From the NCBI GenBank assembly GCA_043800255.1, contig JAZDNF010000011.1, positions 1 through 24,820 on the forward strand: DNA of 24,820 bases, in the 5' to 3' direction. This DNA comes from Candidatus Altiarchaeota archaeon. Lineage in GTDB: Archaea > Altiarchaeota > Altiarchaeia > IMC4 > SCGC-AAA252-I15. A model generated the notes under the pieces. The model saw nothing but the letters and a program-made list of their open reading frames with translations. It was not told the DNA's origin and searched no databases. Made by a program: the position numbers and the translations under genes. Numbering within the stretch: the stretch's first letter is position 1; every line of letters starts with the position of its first letter. Below, in pieces: positions 7,856 through 16,067 of the stretch.

Positions 7856-10800
7856 GTTATTAATAAGGGCAATGAGATTAAATTCCAGCCTGTGAGCAAC
7901 GCTATCTGGGAGTAGACGGTGTTGCCGCTTCCAGGTGTCGGAGAGCTGAAAGCGATGAAGCTCCCGTTCCCATCGGTTTCCCTGCCGATGGAAACGCCGG
8001 CCGGAATCGCAGACCAGCTAGCGTTCAATGCTGTGCAGTTGTAGGTGACGTTGTCTGATATGCTATTGTTCGGGTATAGGAGATACAACATCCCATAGGA
8101 GTCGTTGAGCGTCAGGGAGGTTACGTTGCCGTAGAACAGCGTGAAGCCTCCCCCAGTTATTGCGCTCGATGTTATGTTATAGCTGCCTGCCGAGTTGTTG
8201 AGCGTCCACCCCACCAGGCTGACGTCCGAGCTTCCGAGACTGTAGAGTTCTATCCACTCCAGGCCTGAGCTGGGATTCGGCAGGAATTCGTTAAACCTTA
8301 TCTGAGCAGGTTCTAGGATGGTGAGGTTTATCCTAGAAGACTCGTTCTGCAGGGTTGACGCGTTAGCAATCGCATAGAAGGTGTAAGCCTGATAGGACCC
8401 GCTCGCGAATATTAGCCATGTGACGTTGCATGAGCTCCCGCCTGCCATGTTCTGCAGGCACGATAGGTTGTTCGGGTAACGTGGATTGTCGGATGTCGTG
8501 TAGAACGGGCTCCCAGAGTTCATGGGCACAACGCCCTTATCTGATGATATTGTCGTCGTGGTCGACGTGCTAGTTGACGTTGAGGTTGTCGTAGTTTCTC
8601 CCGGGAGGATGGTCGTTGTCGTAGATGTCGTGGTAGGCGGCATCGGCGGCGACAGATAAGCTCTTACGCCGGCCTTTATGAACGGGTCCTTTACGGGGTT
8701 GGTAACCTGCCATGCTGCACCAGAACTGTACTTGGACGTGCTCGTTGAAGTGTTGGAGTAAATGAGTATAGGACCCAGTGAATCAAAAAGTTCCACTCCA
8801 AGCCAGAAACTTCCAGAGTCGATTTGCACACTCAGATTAACGACGCTCACATAGGTTATCGTGCCAGGGTATGCATAGAAACTCACTGTTCCGTTAATAG
8901 GGGTCATCAATTCAGCTCCAGGTTCTCCGCTGTTGTCTGCGTATACATGAACAGTGTAGTTAAGACGGTTTCCGTACTGTAGTAAAAAGACGCCCATGAA
9001 CTTTGTCAGGTTCGCAGGATAGGATGGCGGCGTAAACTTAGTCGCATATGTCCCGAGATTCGTGTACGTAGCTACGGGGGAGTCGAAATACTTCAATAAA
9101 GTTACATTGAACAGCGCAGTCTGTGTGTGGTTTGCGCAGTAGCCAGACGATATGTCGTGATTGTCGTAGTATGCGCTGCAAATCGCGTTTATGTTCGGAG
9201 TCCCGTCCGCAAGGTTTGCATTGTCGTCATCGGATATAAGCATGTCATCAAGCTCTTCTGAGAAGGAAAAAGGCAGGAGTTTGATTGCGCCCATGATAAG
9301 GGCGTCTGCGGTTTCCTTTCCAAGAGCGCCTCTTACGTCCCAACGCGCTCCAGATATCTGGGTGCTGTCAACGTGAACCTCGTTTATCCAGTCGTCAAGG
9401 AACTTGTCGGTGTTGTTGAGGTCCCTTATGGAAGAGGAGGGTAGTGCTTCCTCAGCCTGGGGTGAATTGTTGTTGATAGTGCACGCAAAGTAGTCGGCCC
9501 ATCCCTCGTTCATTGCGCCTGTCTCGTCGATGTATGGGAAATTCACAGGGTATATATGGTCGACAACGCCGTGGGTGTACTCATGGTAGATTACGTCGCT
9601 GAACAGGGCCAGATTCTCGCAGCTAGCACTGAGATTCCCGGCACCGAATAACATGCTCTCGGAGTTGCCGGTATAGTAGGCGTTACAATAACCTGTCTGG
9701 TGCTCTACGGTGGCGTTCATCCTGTAGCTCATCGAGGTTATGTTGAACGGCGCTCCGCTGGTATAGAAGTCATGGATCAGGTTTATGTGGTAGAACATGT
9801 TAGACTCCTCGTTCCTGTCGGATGTGTCCTCTGCGTCCCAGTCCCAGTTGTGTGTCGTTCCCGCGGTTATGGACTGATTATGAACGGCTTCCGCTGCGTC
9901 TTCGTTCAGTACCCACGCCCACGGCCCCTTCAACTGGGAGTAGACGTTCACGCTGTCTGAGCCTTCAGCAACCGAGTAAGCACCGCTATTGTTGGTTGTT
10001 GAGTTGCCCAATGTTGAGGCACCCTGTTGAACGTATACGTACTCGTTGCTGAAGTTTTTGGTAATCTGACCGTCGGAAAGCTTCTCAGGATATATCTTCC
10101 CTGTAACGGTTCCTGATACCTGATACCTGTTAGAATCCCAGTACCTGACGATGTTCCCGTTTCTGGCATCTACTATGAGCGTCCAGCTCCCGTTCGTTTC
10201 CGGTACCATCGGGAATCCAATCTTCCATGATAGTACGTAAACAGTGCTCTTGTCAACATTGACCGGGAAGATCACTAGCTCAGATTCTGCAGGCCCAACG
10301 CCGGAGTGAATCCCCATCATCTGCCTTGAGATATCTGAAGCCTCTTCCAAAGTTATCTCAGGCCTTGTGTCAAGCTTTATGCCACCAAAGAACTTGGACT
10401 TTATCTCCACAATTTTATTGTTCTTATACGCAACCATGACATAGCTGTCCTCTACAGGGATTCCGTTGTAGTTTTGATTGTAATAGAGGTAGTATGCAAT
10501 CTTGTCCTTAAGCACATCTGCATCAATCCTGAATGTCTTGAGATCTGCCTCATCCAGGCCGAAAACCTGTGAGTTTTGCCTGAGGAGATTTCTGGTTACT
10601 GAATCCAGTTGGGCAGACGTTGTTGCCGTGCTTATCCCCTCAGGAGAAAGACCGTAACCAAGCACCCTGATTCTGTTTTCGTCCGCTTCGATGTCCCAGT
10701 TGCTGCCATAAGTATTCTTGAACTGCTCTGCGGGTGATGCAAAAGCTGTCTCAACTGGGTCGAGGGTAGCGGTGATGTTCCCGCAGCTTCCGCCGACGCA

Positions 10801-11460
10801 CGTCACCGTGGCGGTGAAGTTCATGCTAGTCCCATTTGTGATGTTGGCACTCGCGTTCGGAGAAACTAAGTTGACGGTCAGGTAAGTGGCTATAGTCGTT
10901 GTGGAAGTCGATGATGTGGACGTGCTCGTAGTCGACGTAGATGTCGACGTGGTGGTCGTCGTAGGTCCAGAGGAAACGACGGCACGTATCATTATGTCGT
11001 CAGACGTCCAGAGGTACCATGTATCACCGTTATCGGCAGAGTATCTGCTGTGATTGTCTATTGGTGCAGTCCTATCATAACCGATGGCAGGATAACCGCC
11101 AACCCCATTAGGACGGTATAATACCCAGAAATCATCTGTAACGTAGTTGTTTATGGTGATATTGTGCCATCCTGTGGTTGTTGCAGTGTAGGACCACCAT
11201 GCAACCTGGCCTGAATAGTTGTTTTGTGTTCCGTTGAACACATAATATGTGAAGGAATCCGAATCAGTGTTGGTTATATAGAAACGTATCGTCTCCAAAT
11301 AGTTCTCAGTCGTGTTAAACCATACGCCGAACCATTCACCCTCTAAGTTCAGCAGCCATCCTCCGTTCGCGCTACCATCATCGTAGAGCAGCTCGGTCGC
11401 ATCAGCCAACGACAGCAGAGCAAGAAATATCAAAAGATAGGTGCCGTATCTGAAGGACAT
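7852..11460 (-). CDS. Large secreted thermolysin-like (M4/M36-type) zinc metalloprotease with propeptide, beta domains, T/S linkers and C-terminal lamin-tail-like domain
   Basis: HEYTH, GAMNEGWADYFA and EVH catalytic motifs. FTP/PepSY-like propeptide (QNYNGIPV, IVDARNGNIV). LTD-like NEFLPNP...EWIELY...PTPG. Signal peptide starts at ATG 11460; the track start at 11544 lies inside the tRNA. Confidence 0.92.
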   Translation of the reverse strand: MSFRYGTYLLIFLALLSLADATELLYDDGSANGGWLLNLEGEWFGVWFNTTENYLETIRFYITNTDSDSFTYYVFNGTQNNYSGQVAWWSYTATTTGWHNITINNYVTDDFWVLYRPNGVGGYPAIGYDRTAPIDNHSRYSADNGDTWYLWTSDDIMIRAVVSSGPTTTTTSTSTSTTSTSTSSTSTTTIATYLTVNLVSPNASANITNGTSMNFTATVTCVGGSCGNITATLDPVETAFASPAEQFKNTYGSNWDIEADENRIRVLGYGLSPEGISTATTSAQLDSVTRNLLRQNSQVFGLDEADLKTFRIDADVLKDKIAYYLYYNQNYNGIPVEDSYVMVAYKNNKIVEIKSKFFGGIKLDTRPEITLEEASDISRQMMGIHSGVGPAESELVIFPVNVDKSTVYVLSWKIGFPMVPETNGSWTLIVDARNGNIVRYWDSNRYQVSGTVTGKIYPEKLSDGQITKNFSNEYVYVQQGASTLGNSTTNNSGAYSVAEGSDSVNVYSQLKGPWAWVLNEDAAEAVHNQSITAGTTHNWDWDAEDTSDRNEESNMFYHINLIHDFYTSGAPFNITSMSYRMNATVEHQTGYCNAYYTGNSESMLFGAGNLSASCENLALFSDVIYHEYTHGVVDHIYPVNFPYIDETGAMNEGWADYFACTINNNSPQAEEALPSSSIRDLNNTDKFLDDWINEVHVDSTQISGARWDVRGALGKETADALIMGAIKLLPFSFSEELDDMLISDDDNANLADGTPNINAICSAYYDNHDISSGYCANHTQTALFNVTLLKYFDSPVATYTNLGTYATKFTPPSYPANLTKFMGVFLLQYGNRLNYTVHVYADNSGEPGAELMTPINGTVSFYAYPGTITYVSVVNLSVQIDSGSFWLGVELFDSLGPILIYSNTSTSTSKYSSGAAWQVTNPVKDPFIKAGVRAYLSPPMPPTTTSTTTTILPGETTTTSTSTSTSTTTTISSDKGVVPMNSGSPFYTTSDNPRYPNNLSCLQNMAGGSSCNVTWLIFASGSYQAYTFYAIANASTLQNESSRINLTILEPAQIRFNEFLPNPSSGLEWIELYSLGSSDVSLVGWTLNNSAGSYNITSSAITGGGFTLFYGNVTSLTLNDSYGMLYLLYPNNSISDNVTYNCTALNASWSAIPAGVSIGRETDGNGSFIAFSSPTPGSGNTVYSQIALLTGWNLISLPLLIT

Positions 11461-11513
11461 ATTAAGTAATAAATAGAGGCTAATAAAAAGTCCATTTATC
11501 CCAGATAAACAGA

Positions 11514-11647
11514 CGCCTCGGCAAGGACTTGAACCTTGGACCACCCGATTGCTGTGCCTTTTTTCCTGCTGTCCGATAGGACAGAGCGAGCCCCGTAAGG
11601 GGGGCGAGCGTAACAGTCGGGCGCTCTACCAACTGAGCTACCGAGGC
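11514..11647 (-). tRNA. tRNA-Asn(GTT) with canonical 37/38 intron (exons 11611-11647 and 11514-11549); CCA not encoded
   Basis: Minus strand reads GCCTCGGTAGCTCAGTTGGTAGAGCGCCCGACTGTTA | intron | ATCGGGTGGTCCAAGGTTCAAGTCCTTGCCGAGGCG. All four stems pair, and the discriminator is G73. Confidence 0.96.
11550..11610 (-). other. 61-nt tRNA intron with bulge-helix-bulge splice motif
   Basis: CUGU (32-35) pairs with intron ACAG, with 3-nt bulges UA|C and CA|A. Internal hairpins are CCCC-TTAC-GGGG and CTGTCC-TATC-GGACAG. Confidence 0.92.
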
Positions 11648-11773
11648 ATATTCTCTTTTGTCGGCACTTCTTTCCGCCAGCGCTTCACAGCCGACCTTTG
11701 GTCGGGTGTGTGCCAGACCCTCCGGGTCTGCCCATCTTCCTAAGAAAGGGCTGCAGACTGAGCTACCGAGGCA
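11632..11773. repeat. 17-bp exact direct repeat of the tRNA-Asn 5' end
   Basis: actgagctaccgaggca at 11632-11648 and 11757-11773, 125 bp apart. Confidence 0.95.
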
Positions 11774-11817
11774 GCTGTCACGCCCAGCTGGCATGAGGCA
11801 GACACTTTGTGTCTGGC
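11686..11817. repeat. Cluster of short palindromes (REP-like)
   Basis: ccgacc-ttt-ggtcgg at 11691-11705, cagaccc-tcc-gggtctg at 11714-11730, cagctg-N7-cagctg at 11772-11790 and cagacac-ttt-gtgtctg at 11799-11815. Confidence 0.8.
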
Positions 11818-11888
11818 TTAGCCACACTGAACGTTTGATTAATATATATCGCCGAAACAAAGTTCCGGGTCATCGCGTTTTTGATTTT

Positions 11889-12494
11889 TTACTTGGCGAG
11901 GCCGCCTTTGGCTCTTATGCTGGGCCGGATTTTTTCGGCTCCTATGCCTCTATTGTTGAGGCCTCTGCCTTTTTTGCCTGCTGGTGTCAGGCCTCTGTGG
12001 GCTCTGCCCCTCTGATGCCCCTGGATTATCCAGCGGACGTCCTTGTCTGATCTTATTGCCGGGTGACTTGGGTCTACCATGACGACCTCATACCATTTGT
12101 ATTGGCCGTCCTCCCAAAGCCAGTAGCTTCCCAGAACTTCTAGATTTGTGAATTTCTTGTCAGCGCGTTCCTCGCACATCCTCTGCAAGGACTTGGCGCG
12201 GGTTATCTTCAGGATTCCCATACCAGCCGGCTTCCTGCCTCTGACAGGCCTTGACTTCCTTGCGCCGCCTCTCCTTATTTTGACGCGGGCGACGACGAAG
12301 CCCTGCTTGCTCTTGTAGCCGTACTTGCGAGCCTTGTCTATTCTGGTGGGCTTCTCGACCCTTACAATCGAGGAGCCTGTTCTCCAAGTCTTGCGCCGTT
12401 CAATAATCAGTGCCCTGAACTCGCGGTTCTCGGGCTTGTTTATCTTATTTTTGATGCCCTTGTACAGGCTTCCAACATACTTGTAGTATCCCAT
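11889..12494 (-). CDS. rpl15e: 50S ribosomal protein L15e
   Basis: Motifs PTRIDKARKYGYKSKQG, LEVLGSYW, YKWYEVVMVDP and RGLTPAGKKGRGL. Confidence 0.98.
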   Translation of the reverse strand: MGYYKYVGSLYKGIKNKINKPENREFRALIIERRKTWRTGSSIVRVEKPTRIDKARKYGYKSKQGFVVARVKIRRGGARKSRPVRGRKPAGMGILKITRAKSLQRMCEERADKKFTNLEVLGSYWLWEDGQYKWYEVVMVDPSHPAIRSDKDVRWIIQGHQRGRAHRGLTPAGKKGRGLNNRGIGAEKIRPSIRAKGGLAK

Positions 12495-12570
12495 CTTGTT
12501 ACCTCCCGATTTCCGGATTCGAGCGCATGGCTCACATCTCCACTGCCATGATGGCAGCTTACGGGAAACT
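12495..12570 (-). promoter_or_regulatory. Structured 5' leader of rpl15e, probably the archaeal eL15 ribosomal leader
   Basis: Minus strand reads TTCCCGTAAG-CTGCCA(TCA)TGGCAG-TGGAGATGT-GAGC..GCTC-GAATCC..CGGGAGGT (RBS). It resembles the described eL15-Euryarchaeota leader; this is from memory and was not searched. Confidence 0.7.
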
Positions 12571-12658
12571 GAATTATATGATACGGAAGCACGGTTTAAA
12601 AATCAACGGAAAGGGTTTTTAACCGTGAAAAAGCAATCAGTAAGGAGTGTGATGGCGT

Positions 12659-13282
12659 TTGCCTTTCAAAAAGTTTTTTAAGTGGTTTAACAGGATATTC
12701 GGACGCAGGAAGGAGATAAGATTGGGATTCTACGGACCGCCGAATGCCGGGAAAACCACGCTTGCGAACAAGATTTCTATGGACTGGACCGGCGAACCTG
12801 TGGGCAAGGTCTCTGAGATACCGCACGAGACTAGGGAGGTTCAGAAGAAGGAGAAAGTGACTGTAACCGCAGGCGGGAAGAAGCTTGTCATGAACCTGCT
12901 GGACATGCCAGGCATCGCGACAAAGATAGACTTTGAGGATTTCGTCAAGCACGGGATGACAGTGGAGGACGCGCAGAAGAGGGCGAAGGAGGCGACAAAG
13001 GGCGTCATCGAGGCTATAAAATGGCTGGAGAACGTTGACACAGCATTGGTTATCATGGACGCCACCCAGGACCCCTACACGCAGGTTAACATCACAATCA
13101 TAGGGAACCTCGAGGCAAGGGACATCCCAGTCATATTGATTGCGAACAAGATAGACCTGGAAAACGCAGACCCTAACAGGATAAAGGAGGCTTTCCCCCA
13201 GCATCCTGTGGTTGAGATATCAGGCAAGACGGGGGAACATATCGACAAACTCTACACCGCAATAGCAAAGTATTCGAGATAA
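12659..13282 (+). CDS. oapA: Small Era/Ras-like GTPase OapA/ArvA
   Basis: GPPNAGKTT, IPHETR, DMPG, DATQDPYTQVN and NKID motifs; N-terminal amphipathic helix; TTG start after GGAGTG. Confidence 0.92.
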   Translation: MPFKKFFKWFNRIFGRRKEIRLGFYGPPNAGKTTLANKISMDWTGEPVGKVSEIPHETREVQKKEKVTVTAGGKKLVMNLLDMPGIATKIDFEDFVKHGMTVEDAQKRAKEATKGVIEAIKWLENVDTALVIMDATQDPYTQVNITIIGNLEARDIPVILIANKIDLENADPNRIKEAFPQHPVVEISGKTGEHIDKLYTAIAKYSR

Positions 13283-13283
13283 G

Positions 13284-13640
13284 ATGGACATCGAAATAGA
13301 ATTCATAAGCGCAAGCGAGCTGGAAGACAAGACGTCGGACGAGAAGGTGGAGTACATCCTGGAGAGGGTGAAAAAGAACAGCATATTAGTTGTCGAGAAG
13401 AGCCTCACAGCTTCTGAGGAGGCCAACCTCATAGAGGAGACAATGAACCAGGTTGACGACAAGTTCCCAGGCATCGAAGTCTCAACCCTCGGGGAGAAGA
13501 ACATCGAAGGCCTGAGGGAGCGCCTGATAAAGATGCTCGGAGGCTCCACCGGAGGCCTTACTGTGATAGGGCCGGCGAAGCTAGTCAAGAGGATAAAAAA
13601 GGAGCCTACCAAGATAAAACTTTTGGCTGGCAAAAAATAA
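13284..13640 (+). CDS. oapB: OapB/ArvB (DUF2073) family protein
   Basis: LIEETM...FPGIE...GLTVIGPA, in synteny with oapA. Confidence 0.9.
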   Translation: MDIEIEFISASELEDKTSDEKVEYILERVKKNSILVVEKSLTASEEANLIEETMNQVDDKFPGIEVSTLGEKNIEGLRERLIKMLGGSTGGLTVIGPAKLVKRIKKEPTKIKLLAGKK

Positions 13641-13641
13641 G

Positions 13642-14070
13642 ATGCCATACAAGTGCACGGTCTGCAACAAACTCTACAAGGAAGGCTCGCCCGAGCTTAA
13701 GGAGGTCATGGACAAGGGAGGGTGCTCCTGCGGGAAGAAGTTCCTCATGTACGTCTCGGAGCGGAAGGACGATCATGAGGAAGAGACCGCCCCAGACGCT
13801 GAGACGCCGATAAGGGACAGCATAAGGGCTGAAATCGAAGAGAAGAGGAAAGAGCTGAAAAGAGACGACCTCGAATGGCTTGGGAAAAAGCTGGTCAGGA
13901 TGCGAGAAAGCGATGAGCCCATCTACCTCGGGATAGAGACTATCAGAGTGCTGGAGGAGGGAAAATACGAGCTTGATGTGGCCTCCCTTATGAGAGGGAA
14001 ACCGCTGATAATAAAAAGCGAGGCGGGAGTATATTATATAGACCTGCCATACTCTATGAAGAAAAGATGA
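13642..14070 (+). CDS. oapC: OapC/ArvC Zn-ribbon (DUF2072) protein
   Basis: MPYKCTVC...GCSCGKKFLMY and IETIRVLEEGKYELDVASL...GVYYIDL, in synteny with oapAB. Confidence 0.9.
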   Translation: MPYKCTVCNKLYKEGSPELKEVMDKGGCSCGKKFLMYVSERKDDHEEETAPDAETPIRDSIRAEIEEKRKELKRDDLEWLGKKLVRMRESDEPIYLGIETIRVLEEGKYELDVASLMRGKPLIIKSEAGVYYIDLPYSMKKR

Positions 14071-15398
14071 TACACCCTATGGAAGAGAGATACGGGAGGG
14101 ATGAGGTCAGGAGGATATTCGACGAGGAGGCCAAGCTCCAGAAGATGCTGGACGTCGAGGCCGCGCTCGTCAAAGCCCACGCCGCCGTAGGCAACATCCC
14201 GAAGAAGGATGCGGCCGCCGTCGCAAGGAAGGCGAACACAAGGTTCGTGAAGGTGAAACGGGTTAAGGATATCGAGAAGGTCATAGACCATGACGTCATG
14301 GCAGTGGTCAAGGCATTATCGGAAAAATGCGGAAGCTCAGGCAGGTACATACACCTTGGGGCGACCTCGAACGACATAACAGACACCGCCCTGGCGCTTC
14401 AACTGAAAGAGTACATTGTGTATCTTGAGAAGGACCTGAAAGACCTGAAAAGTGTTCTGATACGACAGGCTGGAAAGCACAAGAAGACGGTCTGCGTCGG
14501 CAGGACGCACGCGCAGCACGCTGTTCCGACAACCTACGGACTGAAGTTCGCCATATGGGCTGCGGAAGTGCAACGGCACATGGAACGGCTAAGGGAGTGC
14601 AAGGAGAGGATACTCGTAGGGCAGCTGACTGGAGCTGTCGGCACGCAGGCCGCACTCGGCACCAAGGGCATAATCATACAGGATAAGATGATGAAAGAAC
14701 TGGGCCTGAAGCCGGTCTTAGTTTCCAACCAAGTGATACAGAGGGACAGGCACGCCGAGTTCCTGCTGCTGCTGGCCCTCATAGCGGAGACATTGAACAA
14801 GATAGGGACAGAGATAAGGAACCTCCAGAGGACTGAAATAGATGAGGTTGCTGAAGGCTTCGGGAAGAAGCAGGTCGGCAGTTCGACGATGCCACACAAA
14901 CGGAACCCGATATACGCGGAGAGGATATGCGGGTTGAGCAGGGTGATAAAGGCTGACGCGGTCGCATCATTGGAGAACATCCCCCTCTGGCATGAGAGGG
15001 ATCTGACGAACTCCAGCTCTGAGAGGATAATAATACCCGAAACGTGCATACTCTCCGATTACATACTTCAGTTGAGCGTAAACCTGATAGGCAACCTGGT
15101 GTTCAACCATGAGAGCATAAGACGGAACCTGGAGATGACGCAGGGCAGGATAATGTCAGAGTCCATAATGATAGAGCTCGCCAAGCGCGGGATGGACAGG
15201 CAGAAGGCGCACGAGCTCGTCAGGGAATGCGCGATGGAAAGCTTCCACAAGAAGAAACCGTTTGGCGAGGTTCTTGCTGATAGCAGGAGAATAACGTCAG
15301 TCCTCAGCCAGTCAGAGATAAAGAGATTCCTGAAGCCTGAGAACTATATCGGATCATCCGAAAAACAGATAGACAATCTCATAAAGAAGATAGGATGA
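14067..15398 (+). CDS. purB: Adenylosuccinate lyase
   Basis: Motifs HLGATSND, GRTHAQHA, GSSTMPHKRNP and WHERDLTNSS. Confidence 0.97.
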   Translation: MIHPMEERYGRDEVRRIFDEEAKLQKMLDVEAALVKAHAAVGNIPKKDAAAVARKANTRFVKVKRVKDIEKVIDHDVMAVVKALSEKCGSSGRYIHLGATSNDITDTALALQLKEYIVYLEKDLKDLKSVLIRQAGKHKKTVCVGRTHAQHAVPTTYGLKFAIWAAEVQRHMERLRECKERILVGQLTGAVGTQAALGTKGIIIQDKMMKELGLKPVLVSNQVIQRDRHAEFLLLLALIAETLNKIGTEIRNLQRTEIDEVAEGFGKKQVGSSTMPHKRNPIYAERICGLSRVIKADAVASLENIPLWHERDLTNSSSERIIIPETCILSDYILQLSVNLIGNLVFNHESIRRNLEMTQGRIMSESIMIELAKRGMDRQKAHELVRECAMESFHKKKPFGEVLADSRRITSVLSQSEIKRFLKPENYIGSSEKQIDNLIKKIG

Positions 15399-16013
15399 TT
15401 ATCCGTCCTTTATCGAGTAGGATACCCTGTAGACGTCTCTGCCGTCTTTTTTCCCGAAAAGCTTCGGCGAGGACGTCACCTTGAACCCCCTCCTCCTGAA
15501 TTGGGTGGCCAGCCCCCGCGCATAGGAGTTGGATGTCATGTACACGTCATAGCCGCCCCGCACTTTCTCGACATTTGACACCACCTCAGACTTGAATTCA
15601 AGCTTTATTTTTGGAGTCCTCACCTGCAGTATCGCCTCAAAGTAGCCGCCTGACAGCTTAGCGCATGAGGGGCATGTCACCTTCAGGAGGGGGATGTTGG
15701 ATTCGAACACGGTCTCAAAAGCCTCGCCAGCATACTCCCCCTTTACAGTAACTTTGACCTTCAGCCTTCTCTTGCCTCCCAATGGGACAACATCGACGGA
15801 CTTGACTTTTATGTGGTGAGGAACATGAAGCTTGCCCGAGACCAGACTACCAAGATTGGACAGCACATCGCCAGTCCACAATCCCCTGTTGGAGAACATC
15901 CCGCAGTCGCACACCTTAATCTCCACCGGCTTAAGGACGATAGGATTGTCTTTCAGGTAGCAGTCAACGCACAGGCCGCCCTTCCACTCCCTCCCGCACT
16001 TCGGACAGAACAT
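15399..16013 (-). CDS. nmd3: NMD3-like protein (short form)
   Basis: N-terminal CPKC/CVDC, CPSC-x4-GGYFEAILQVR and KLFG...VYRVS. 204 aa, with no C-terminal OB domain evident. Confidence 0.88.
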   Translation of the reverse strand: MFCPKCGREWKGGLCVDCYLKDNPIVLKPVEIKVCDCGMFSNRGLWTGDVLSNLGSLVSGKLHVPHHIKVKSVDVVPLGGKRRLKVKVTVKGEYAGEAFETVFESNIPLLKVTCPSCAKLSGGYFEAILQVRTPKIKLEFKSEVVSNVEKVRGGYDVYMTSNSYARGLATQFRRRGFKVTSSPKLFGKKDGRDVYRVSYSIKDG

Positions 16014-16067
16014 GAACTAATAATGGTTGCAGGCGCTTTTATAACATTGTTTCCTATATAATGTACT

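Noticed and set aside
11648-11773. Second tRNA or split-tRNA half upstream of tRNA-Asn
   Set aside because: There is no anticodon arm, T-loop or acceptor 3' strand, and no BHB was found. The downstream gene is already complete.
11648-11830. RNase P RNA or SRP RNA
   Set aside because: The region is structured but lacks the P4 signature sequences and the SRP helix-8 motif, and it is too short.
11480-12050. Track ORFs 11480..11860, 11549..11743, 11658..12050 and the protease extension to 11544
   Set aside because: They overlap the tRNA-Asn gene, the hairpin cluster or rpl15e and have no protein-like features.
12652-12681. ATG at 12652 as the oapA start or a frameshift
   Set aside because: It is out of frame and stops at 12681. 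The in-frame TTG at 12659 has suitable RBS spacing and gives the expected amphipathic N-terminus.
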